Part shown: piece after piece, positions 56,653 to 64,000 of the stretch | Numbering within the stretch: the first letter of the stretch is position 1 | Layout of the letters: every line of letters begins with the position of its first letter | NCBI GenBank assembly: GCA_963738635.1 | Contig: CAVTXE010000001.1 | Coordinates: forward strand, 328,173-392,172 | Direction: 5' to 3' | Source: an uncultured Alphaproteobacteria bacterium | Lineage (GTDB): Bacteria; Pseudomonadota; Alphaproteobacteria; Rhodobacterales; Rhodobacteraceae | Length of the DNA stretch: 64,000 nt | Translations under genes and position numbers: made by a program | The notes under the pieces: model-generated | What the model saw: only the letters and a program-made list of their open reading frames with translations | Told to the model about the DNA's origin: nothing | Database searches by the model: none

Positions 56653-57480
56653 ATGACCGTTCATAACCCCGATCTCGGAATGGCCTGGCTGCTGGACAGC
56701 TTTGATCCGATCTCTCTCGACGACCTGAACCTCAAGGCGGAAATGATGTCGCGGATCGACAACAAATACATCGTCGGACGCGCGGCGCTGCAGCAGGTCA
56801 TTCCGCATCTGCTCGACCGGTTCGACATCCTGGACATCGGGGGGAAGCGTGCTTTCGCCTATGATACGCGCTACTTCGACGATGCTCAGCACAGCGCCTA
56901 CTACGAACACCACCAGGGCATCCGCAAAGGCTTCAAGGTCCGCACCCGCCGCTACCTCGATGCCGGGCTTTGCTATCTCGAGGTCAAGGTCAAGGGCCAG
57001 CGCGGCATGACGATGAAGAACCGCATCGCGCATGATCCGGCCGCAAGCGGACGCCTGACGCCCGAAGCCAGGGAATATGCGCAGTCAACCTATGCCGAAC
57101 ACTACGGCAAGCCGTTCCGCTATGACCTGCAATGGACCCTCGATGTCCGCTACAAGCGGGTGACGCTGGTCGCCAAGGACGGAGGCGAGCGGATGACAAT
57201 CGACACCGACCTGCGGTTCCGGTCAGCGGATAAGTCGCTCAGCGTCGGCACCGACATGTTCATCATCGAAACAAAATCGGACCTTGGGCGCGGTTATGCG
57301 GATATCTGCCTCCGCCAGCAGCATGAGCGACCGATGGCCAAATGTTCGAAATACTGCATCGGGATGGCCAGTCTGGGCGAGGTATCGCGCTTCAACCTCT
57401 TCCTGCCGACCATGCGCAAACTCAGCGTCGTGGGTCGGGACGTCGTGAATGAGCGGTTCGAACTCGCCGCCGTCGCCTGA
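56653..57480 (+). CDS. VTC domain-containing protein (CYTH/triphosphate-tunnel metalloenzyme fold; 'polyphosphate polymerase domain' protein)
   Basis: The strand pattern of alternating charged residues is typical of tunnel enzymes: SRIDNKYIV, AYDTRYFD, FKVRTRRY, CYLEVKVKG, YKRVTLV, RMTIDTDL and FIIETKS. The protein is intact at 275 aa. Confidence 0.75.
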   Translation: MTVHNPDLGMAWLLDSFDPISLDDLNLKAEMMSRIDNKYIVGRAALQQVIPHLLDRFDILDIGGKRAFAYDTRYFDDAQHSAYYEHHQGIRKGFKVRTRRYLDAGLCYLEVKVKGQRGMTMKNRIAHDPAASGRLTPEAREYAQSTYAEHYGKPFRYDLQWTLDVRYKRVTLVAKDGGERMTIDTDLRFRSADKSLSVGTDMFIIETKSDLGRGYADICLRQQHERPMAKCSKYCIGMASLGEVSRFNLFLPTMRKLSVVGRDVVNERFELAAVA

Positions 57481-57609
57481 CGGATCGGCGCTGCGAGGAC
57501 GTCACGCCCGGCACATTGCGCGCTGCGTGTGTCGGGCAGAGCACCGAAAGGGCGCACGAATGTTGCACTCAGGTCGCCGTGCGCGGATCGCTCCGGCACA
57601 GGCCAATAG

Positions 57610-57624
57610 TTAATCCCGGCTTAA
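57610..57624. promoter_or_regulatory. Perfect CtrA-consensus box TTAA-N7-TTAA in a convergent spacer
   Basis: TTAATCCCGGCTTAA lies at 57610-57624. I found no other perfect TTAA-N7-TTAA while reading the window. Confidence 0.3.
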
Positions 57625-57657
57625 TTTGACCCGGCAACCCCTTGAAATCCCTCACCC

Positions 57658-57683
57658 AGAAAAATGTCCCGGCGTGGGACATC
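57658..57683 (-). terminator. Rho-independent terminator after the dihydroxyacetone kinase gene
   Basis: The minus strand reads AUGUCCC-ACGCC-GGGACAU followed by UUUUUCU. The element begins about 9 nt after stop 57692. Confidence 0.6.
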
Positions 57684-57691
57684 CCCAAACC

Positions 57692-59311
57692 CTACCCCGC
57701 CAGCCGCTCCAGCAGCAGCGCCACCGCCTCGGCCCCCGGGTCGTTGTGTCCAGCCAGCTTCGCCTCGGAGATATAGCTTGCCCGCCCCGCCTTGGCGCGG
57801 ACGATTCCTGCGGTCCGGTCCGCCCCGGCCCGCGCCGCCGCTGCTGCTGCGGCCAGCCCGCCGGGCAGTGCCGCCAGCGCCGGCTCCATCGCATCGATCA
57901 TCGTCCGGTCGCCCGTTTTGGCACCCCCGACCTGCCGGATGCGGTCGAGCCCTGCCAGCAGGGCACCGACCGTATCCGCCCCGCCAGCGGACGCATCGCC
58001 GGCGGCGGCGAAGAAGATCGCCAGCAGCACCCCCGAGGACCCGCCCATGGTCTGGGACAGCTCCTGGCCGACGGCGCGGTACAGCTGTGTGTGATCGGCC
58101 AGCGGCAGGCGCGCCATCGCTCCTTTCAAAGCGCGGGCAGCCCCGGCGAGGGTCGACCCGGTGTCGCCGTCGCCCGATTTGGCATCGAGCGCGTTCAGGT
58201 CGGCCTCGGCCGCGATCAGTATATCGCAGCAGCGCGCGATGAAGGCGGCGGTGGCCGGGTGCTCGGACGGCAGAGGCAAGATCGGTGTCAGCCCGTCGGG
58301 CAGGGGCCGCACGGCGACCGGCCCGACCGTCAGCGCGCCGGGCCAGGCATGGGCACCGACAGGATGCGCCAAGCCTTCGCGGAACGCGGGTGTCAGGGGA
58401 AGGACAGACACGGAGAAACCCTGCATGTCCAGCGAGGTCATCAAGGGTGCCGGACCGACCATCAGTTCGACCTGCGGCCCAAGGCTGGATTGCACGAGTT
58501 CCTCAGCCAGAACGGCCATCTCCAGCGGCGTCGCCCCACCGAGGTTGTTCAGGAGCGCGACCAGCGGGCCGGACCCGGCATGGGGGGCGAGCCGGTCGGC
58601 GACGGTGCGCATGGCAGCGCGGGCGTCGCTGAAGCCCACCTGTTCGATCCCGGCCTCACCATGGATGCCGAGGCCCAGTTCGGCCATGCCCGGGTCGATC
58701 CGGTGCTCCTTGGGGCTGCCGGGCACGGTACAGGTGTCAAGGCTCATCCCGATCGAGGCAACGCCCAGGATGACTCTCTGCGCTGCCTCGGCCACGGTGT
58801 TGAGATCAGCCCCCTGATCCGCCAGCGCCCCCGCGATCTTGTGGACAAAAAGCGTCCCCGCGACCCCGCGCGCCTGCGGCAGATCGGGCAGGGCGATGTC
58901 ATCGTCGACAACGACCATGTCGACCTTCAGCCCATAGGCACGCGCGCGTTCGGCGGCGAGGCCGAAGTTCAGCCGGTCGCCAGTATAGTTCTTGACGATC
59001 AGCAGGCATCCGGCCTTTCCGGTCACAGCGAGGATGCCCGCCAGAACCGCATCGACAGACGGGCTGGCGAAGACATCGCCGCAGACGGCGGCAGTCAGCA
59101 GGCCGGAGCCGACAAAACCTGCGTGGCTCGGTTCATGCCCCGACCCGCCGCCCGAGACAAGCGCGACCCTGGACCGGTCCCAGTCGGTGCGGATGACGAC
59201 CTTGATGTGGGGGTAGCCGTCGAGCCGGGCGAGACGGTCGCCAGCGGTGCGCAAGGTGCCGTCGATGGCCTCGGTGACGAGGGATTCCTTCGCGTTGATG
59301 AACTGTGTCAT
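57692..59311 (-). CDS. Dihydroxyacetone kinase (fused DhaK-DhaL, ATP-dependent type)
   Basis: The protein is intact at 539 aa. It reads MTQFINAKESLVTEAIDG...VALVSGGGSGHEPSHAGFVG...LIVKNYTGDRLNFG, followed by a DhaL-like C-terminal half (DAKSGDGDTGST). Confidence 0.9.
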   Translation of the reverse strand: MTQFINAKESLVTEAIDGTLRTAGDRLARLDGYPHIKVVIRTDWDRSRVALVSGGGSGHEPSHAGFVGSGLLTAAVCGDVFASPSVDAVLAGILAVTGKAGCLLIVKNYTGDRLNFGLAAERARAYGLKVDMVVVDDDIALPDLPQARGVAGTLFVHKIAGALADQGADLNTVAEAAQRVILGVASIGMSLDTCTVPGSPKEHRIDPGMAELGLGIHGEAGIEQVGFSDARAAMRTVADRLAPHAGSGPLVALLNNLGGATPLEMAVLAEELVQSSLGPQVELMVGPAPLMTSLDMQGFSVSVLPLTPAFREGLAHPVGAHAWPGALTVGPVAVRPLPDGLTPILPLPSEHPATAAFIARCCDILIAAEADLNALDAKSGDGDTGSTLAGAARALKGAMARLPLADHTQLYRAVGQELSQTMGGSSGVLLAIFFAAAGDASAGGADTVGALLAGLDRIRQVGGAKTGDRTMIDAMEPALAALPGGLAAAAAAARAGADRTAGIVRAKAGRASYISEAKLAGHNDPGAEAVALLLERLAG

Positions 59312-59315
59312 GGAC

Positions 59316-60323
59316 TTATCCTTGGGCGATGCGGTGGCCAGCGGCGTCGAAATAGAGCGGGCTCTCGGGGGCGATGGTCAGCATGGCACCGGGTTCGAGC
59401 GCGGTGTGAACGTCCGACAGGGTGATGATCGGGTGGCCGTCCAGCGCCAAGTGCAGGCGCGTCTGGTCGCCGAGGCGTTCGACGCGCGTGACCTGCGCCG
59501 GGCGGCCCCCATCGTCGCCCTGACGGATGTGTTCGGGCCGGAGGCCGATGACGGTCGCCCCGGCGGGCGCGCCGCCGAACAGGGCTGCGGGCAGCGCATT
59601 GATCCGGGGCTGGCCGAGGCGCTGGGCGACGTAAAGACTGACGGGGTTCTCGTAGACCTCGCGCGGAGTGCCGAACTGCACGAGGCGGCCCTGGTCGAGG
59701 ACGCCGATATGGGTGGCCATCGTCATCGCCTCGATCTGGTCGTGGGTGACGTAGAGGAGGGTGGCCTTCAGGTCATGGTGGATGCGCTTCAGCTCGACGC
59801 GCAGGTCGGCGCGGAGTTTGGCGTCGAGCGAGGAGAGGGGTTCGTCCATCAGGTAGATCGCGGGGTTGCGGACCAGGGCGCGCCCGATGGAGACGCGCTG
59901 CATCTCGCCGCCCGACAGCCGCGTGGCCTTGTTGTCGAGCTTGTGCGCGATGCGCAGGACGGAGGCGACTTCGGCGACCTTGGCGGCGATCCGGTCCTCG
60001 GGCCAGTTCAGGACCGGCGAGCGGAGCGGGAAGGCGAGGTTTTCGCGGACGGTGAGATGCGGGTAAAGCGAGTATTGCTGGAAGACCATCGCCACGTCGC
60101 GCTGGGCGGGCGTGTCGCCGACGACGCTGCGGCCGCCGATATGGATGTCGCCCGCATCGGGGCGCTCGAGTCCGGCGATCAGGCGCAGGAGCGTGGTCTT
60201 GCCTGCGCCGGTCGGGCCGAGGAGGACGACAAAGGCCCCGTCGGGAATGGTGAGCGAGACGCCGTCGGTGGCCTGGGTGGCCCCGAAGCGCTTGGAGACG
60301 GAGATGATGGAAACTTCGGCCAT
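59316..60323 (-). CDS. Sugar/polyol (CUT1-type) ABC transporter ATP-binding protein, second of two
   Basis: The protein reads MAEVSIISVSKRFG from ATG 60323. It carries Walker A GPTGAGKTTLL, the signature LSGGEMQRVSIGRAL and Walker B YLMDEPLSSLD. It is intact at 335 aa. The track ORF 59316..60947 is a read-through artefact. Confidence 0.85.
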   Translation of the reverse strand: MAEVSIISVSKRFGATQATDGVSLTIPDGAFVVLLGPTGAGKTTLLRLIAGLERPDAGDIHIGGRSVVGDTPAQRDVAMVFQQYSLYPHLTVRENLAFPLRSPVLNWPEDRIAAKVAEVASVLRIAHKLDNKATRLSGGEMQRVSIGRALVRNPAIYLMDEPLSSLDAKLRADLRVELKRIHHDLKATLLYVTHDQIEAMTMATHIGVLDQGRLVQFGTPREVYENPVSLYVAQRLGQPRINALPAALFGGAPAGATVIGLRPEHIRQGDDGGRPAQVTRVERLGDQTRLHLALDGHPIITLSDVHTALEPGAMLTIAPESPLYFDAAGHRIAQG

Positions 60324-61413
60324 CAGTGCGCACCCCCGTGCAGTGCGGAAGACAGGGCGCGACCGGAGCCTGCATCGAAGAGCGTGATGGTGCGGGCGTC
60401 GAAGCTGAGGCCCGACGGTTTCGCCGGGGCGCGCGACCTGGCCTGCGGGGGCGCGGGCCTTAAGCGGGCCGTTTGCGGTGTCGAGGGTGATGATCTGGGT
60501 GGTGCCGAGATATTCGGTGGCGACAACGCGGGCGCGGAAGGGGGCGTCGCCGGACAGGTGGATGTGTTCGGGGCGGACGCCGAAGGCGAGCGCGCCCGAT
60601 GCATCGGCGGCAAGGCGCGGGATGGCATGGTCGGTGCCGCCGAGCGCGACAGACGCGGTGCCTGCGGGAAGCTGCGCGTCGAAGCGGAGGAAGTTCATCG
60701 GCGGGCTGCCGATGAATTCGGCGACGAACATGGTGGCGGGGCGGTCATAGATTTCCTGCGGGGTGCCGAACTGTTCGACGACGCCGTGGTTCATCACGAC
60801 GATCTTGTCGCCCATCTGCATCGCCTCGAGCTGGTCATGGGTCACGTAGACGGTGGTCGCGCCCATCCGGTCGTGCAGCGCGCGGAGTTCCTCGGCCATA
60901 TGTTCGCGGAATTCGGCGTCGAGCGCGCCGAGCGGTTCGTCCATCATGAAGGCTGCGGGTTCGCGGACGATGGCGCGGGCGAGGGCGACGCGCTGGCGGT
61001 CGCCGCCGGACAGGCCGCCGACGGGGCGGTCGAGGATCGGATTCGATGCCGAGGATGCGCGCGACCTCGGCGACTTTGGTGCGGATTTTCTCCTTTGGCA
61101 TCCCTTGACTGATCAACGGGTAGGAGATGTTTTTGCGGACGTTCATATGCGGGTAGAGGGCGAACATCTGGAAGACGAAGGCGATGTCGCGCTGGCTGGC
61201 GGGTTTCTGCGACACGTCCTGACCGTCGATCAGAATCTGACCCGAGGTCGGCAGTTCGAGACCCGCGATCATGCGGAGCGTGGTGGTCTTGCCGCAGCCG
61301 GAGGGGCCGAGAAGCATGAAGAACTCGCCGTCGCCGACGGTGAAGGACGACGACTGGACGGCGGTGAACGCGCCGAATTCCTTGCGGAGGTTCTGGATGA
61401 CGATTTCAGCCAT
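60324..61413 (-). pseudogene. Sugar/polyol (CUT1-type) ABC transporter ATP-binding protein, first of two; two frame switches (about 61040 and about 60430)
   Basis: The pieces read MAEIVIQNLRKEFG...GPSGCGKTTTLRMIAGLE (ORF 60835..61413), then MMDEPLGALD...VYVTHDQLEAM..., then the tail SFDARTITLFDAGSGRAL with a stop at 60324. Confidence 0.8.
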
Positions 61414-61416
61414 GTT

Positions 61417-61606
61417 TCATTCCGGGAAATGGCTGACGATGATGAACATCACCGTGCCGGCAAGGGTGACGATGAAGGACTAGGTGTAGAGCCAGAGCGC
61501 GAAGGGCTGCATCAGCATCACGACGCCGAGCGCGATGAGGATCGTGGCGACGATTTCCCAGGGGCCGCGGCGGAGGCGGGCGAGGCCGGGAGAGGAAGGC
61601 GGTCAT
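61417..61606 (-). pseudogene. Small two-TM hydrophobic protein (about 62 codons if repaired), disrupted by one frame switch and an in-frame TAG
   Basis: ATG 61606 overlaps the upstream stop (ATGA). The shifted frame reads LARLRRGPWEIVATILIALGVVMLMQPFALWLYT*SFIVTLAGTVMFIIVSHFPE. It ends 3 nt before the ATPase start. The TAG lies at 61480-61482, where W would fit. Confidence 0.4.
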
Positions 61607-62616
61607 TTGGTGCCCCTGATATCTGCGAGTGCCGCCACTGTTTCGGCCCCGAGCCGCGCCACGAGGTCCGCGGCCGGTTCGACCGAGCTTATGTCGCCGA
61701 CGCCCATGCCTGCGTAGAGGCAGGCCGAATGCAGCGACCCGACGGCCCCCGGCATGGGCGTCGTATCGCAGTAGCGCGGGAAATCTTCGTCCCCGAGCCG
61801 GAAGACCACATCGCCTTCGCCGGGCCGGTGCGGGGGCTGCGGGCAACCTGCTGCTTCCCACGTGGTCAGCGTGTCGTTGCGCAGGACGCGGTGCATGGCG
61901 TGGGGCCAGCCGATGTCGAAGCAGTTGGTGAAGACGGTGTCACTGCCCGAGGCGGCGACGAGGGCGGCCTTGTAGACGTCGTGTGATCCGGCCTCGGCGG
62001 TGGCCACAAAACGCGTGCCCATCATCGCGCCAGCGGCCCCGGCAGAGATGGCGCGCGCGATGGCCGCGCCGGATGCGATGCCGCCTGCGGCGATGACCGG
62101 AACGTTGCCCGCCTCGGCCAGAACGGCGGGCAGAAGGGTGCCGCCGGGGGTAGTGCTTTGCACATGGCCGCCCGCCTCGACTCCCTGGGCGATCAGGAAA
62201 TCGGCCCCGGCGTCGAGCGCGCGGCGCGCGCCGGGGGCGCTGCCGATCTGAATGCCGACCTTCGCGCCGGCCCGGTGCGCCCGCGCCACCCTTGTGGCGT
62301 CGATGCCCCAGGAGAAGGTCACCACGGGAAGCCCGGCACCCAGCGCCGCATCGAAGGCTTCGCAAGGGAAGTGCAGGACAAAGTTGCCGAAGAAGCTGCG
62401 CCCGTCCGCCGCGCCGCGGACGGCGTTCACGGCGGCTGTGGCGGCGTCCGGGTCGGACCAGCTGAGGGCCAGCCCGCCAAGCCCGCCCGCCCGCGAGACG
62501 GCCGCTGCAAGCGCAGGTGTCGCGGCAGAGCCGATGGGGGCCTGAACGATGGGAACGGTCTGGCCGGTCAGCGCGAAAAGCGCCACGACCTGCGGCGGAT
62601 AGGCGTGACCTGTCAT
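61603..62616 (-). CDS. Nitronate monooxygenase / NAD(P)H-dependent flavin oxidoreductase (NMO family)
   Basis: The protein is intact at 337 aa. It reads PIVQAPIGSAATPALAAAVSRAGGLGGL...ADFLIAQGVEAGGHV...VPVIAAGGIASG...GAAGAMMGTRF. Confidence 0.85.
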   Translation of the reverse strand: MTGHAYPPQVVALFALTGQTVPIVQAPIGSAATPALAAAVSRAGGLGGLALSWSDPDAATAAVNAVRGAADGRSFFGNFVLHFPCEAFDAALGAGLPVVTFSWGIDATRVARAHRAGAKVGIQIGSAPGARRALDAGADFLIAQGVEAGGHVQSTTPGGTLLPAVLAEAGNVPVIAAGGIASGAAIARAISAGAAGAMMGTRFVATAEAGSHDVYKAALVAASGSDTVFTNCFDIGWPHAMHRVLRNDTLTTWEAAGCPQPPHRPGEGDVVFRLGDEDFPRYCDTTPMPGAVGSLHSACLYAGMGVGDISSVEPAADLVARLGAETVAALADIRGTK

Positions 62617-63555
62617 TTGCGCACCGCCCCGAAGGTGATCCCGCGCAGGAGGTGTTTGCGCAGCAGGATGGTGAAGATCATCACCGGCAGCAGGAACAGC
62701 GTGGCCCCGGCGGCGACGGCGGGCCAGTCCTGGCCGCCGACGCCGATGATCGTCGGGATGAAGGGCGGGGCGGTCTGGGCGTTGCCGGAGGTGAGCAGGA
62801 CGGCGAAGGCGTATTCGTTCCAGGCGAAGATCAGGCAGAAGATGGCCGTGCTGGCGATGCCGGTGGCGGCCTGCGGCAGGACGACTTTGCGGAAGGCCTG
62901 GAAGCGGGTGTAGCCGTCGATCAGGGCGGCTTCCTCGTATTCGCGGGGAATTTCGTCGATGAAGCCCTTCAGCAGCCAGACGGCGAGCGAGATGTTCACG
63001 CCGGTGTAGAGCAGGATCATGCCGAGATGCGTGTCGGAGAGGCCAAGCTGGCGGAACATCAGGAAGATCGGGATGGCGACGGCGATGGGGGGCATCATCC
63101 GGGTCGAGAGGATGAAGAACAGCAGGTCGTCCTTGAGCGGCACCTTGAAGCGGCTGAAGGCATAGGCGGCCAGCGTGCCGAGGACGATGGAGAGGAAGGT
63201 CGAGCCGAAGCCGATGATGACCGAGTTCAGGAACCGCTCGCCGAAGCGCGAGGGGCCGGTGATGACCTCATTCCGGCGGCGCACGATTTCCTCGGCGAAG
63301 TTCGCGGGCGGCGGCATGTGTGGCGAGTTGCTCGGGCGTGGCGCGGGTGCGGTCGGTGAAGAGGTTCACATAGCCTTCGATGGAGGGCTGGAAGAACACC
63401 TTGGGCGGATAGCTGATGCTGTCCGGGCCGGTCTTGAAGCCGGTCGAGACGATCCAGGCAAGCGGCAGGAGCGTGATGACCATGTAGAGGGTGACAAGGA
63501 CGCCTGCGACCCATTTCGACCGCTGAGAGGGTTCGGTGATGGAATAGGCGGTCAT
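62613..63555 (-). pseudogene. Carbohydrate ABC transporter permease (MalG/UgpE-like), one frame switch near 63300
   Basis: The N-terminus MTAYSITEPSQRSKWVAGVLVTLYMVITLLPLAWIV starts at ATG 63555. The body carries the EAA-type loop EYEEAALIDGYTRFQAFRKVVLPQA. Confidence 0.8.
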
Positions 63556-64000
63556 CTCTCTTTGACCTTGTTCAGCGCCTTCACGTAGATCGAGGCGAGG
63601 CCGAAGACGGTGACGAAGAGGATGATCGCGTAGGCGCTGGAATACCCCGTCCGCCATTTCTCGAACGCCTCGCGCTTCAGCTCGATCGAGGACAGAAGCG
63701 TGGTGTCGCCGGGGCCGCCGCCGGTCAGCAGCACCACCAGGTCGAACATCTTGAAGTTCTCGATGCCCCGGAACAGGACGGCCAGCATCAGGAACGGCAG
63801 GACCATCGGGATCGTGATGGTCCAGAACTGCCGCCATTTCGAGGCGCGGTCCACCTCGGCCGCCTCGTAGATGTAGTCGGGGATCGACGCGCAGCCCCGC
63901 GAGGCAGATCAGCATGACGAAGGGCGTCCACATCCAGGTATCGACGATGATGACGGCCCATGGGGCGAGGGCGACCGAGCCGAGCATGGTGAAGGACGAG
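63552..64000 (-). pseudogene. Carbohydrate ABC transporter permease (MalF/UgpA-like), C-terminal part; runs off the window; frame switch near 63890
   Basis: The pieces read WAVIIVDTWMWTPFVMLICLAGL, then (after a shift) VDRASKWRQFWTITIPMVLPFLMLAVLFRGIENFKMFDLVVLLTGGGPG. The stop overlaps the next start (ATGA). Confidence 0.75.

Noticed and set aside
59316-60947. A 543-aa ORF that looks like a fused double ABC ATPase.
   Set aside because: It is a read-through artefact. The upstream ATPase's true tail is in another frame and stops at 60324. The second ATPase starts at ATG 60323 (MAEVSIISVSKRFG). These are two separate genes.

Overview
This is a high-GC (about two-thirds G+C by eye) alphaproteobacterial chromosomal segment. 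Gene content and local synteny look Rhodobacterales-like: a Hint-domain protein, hsp20-DUF1150, ybjN-proC, yraN-rsmI/lpoA, kpsMTE and a giant RTX protein. That placement is inference; no search was run. I resolve about 60 protein-coding loci, tightly packed on both strands. I found no rRNA, tRNA, CRISPR array, transposase or integrase.

The core content is:
- a peptide ABC transporter and proC
- lgt and pgeF
- trxB and sat/APS kinase
- copA and purEK
- dcp and an amino-acid ABC transporter
- moeB-like, dut and coaBC
- rpoH and cobU
- comM/yifB and gshB
- rsmI, glnD and murJ
- trpS
- a dihydroxyacetone kinase with a CUT1-type sugar ABC transporter

The accessory-looking stretches are:
- 11.4-16.1 kb: a long non-coding spacer, a Hint-domain protein, Lrp, and a roughly 856-codon M6/InhA-like metalloprotease sitting between lrp and trxB
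- 19.4-20.1 kb: an orphan membrane protein
- 48.5-57.5 kb: kpsT/E/M capsule export, a GT2, a 1139-aa propeller-RTX protein, and a DUF4956 + VTC (triphosphate-tunnel) pair

The most conspicuous global property is that 30 of the roughly 60 loci cannot be read in one frame. These include normally essential genes (lgt, dut, murJ, rpoH). Several breaks fall in homopolymer runs or occur as compensating pairs, so I read them as sequence or assembly indels rather than real decay. I type these loci as pseudogene only in the sense of 'frame-disrupted as assembled'. All product calls rest on motif and family recognition by eye, not on database searches.
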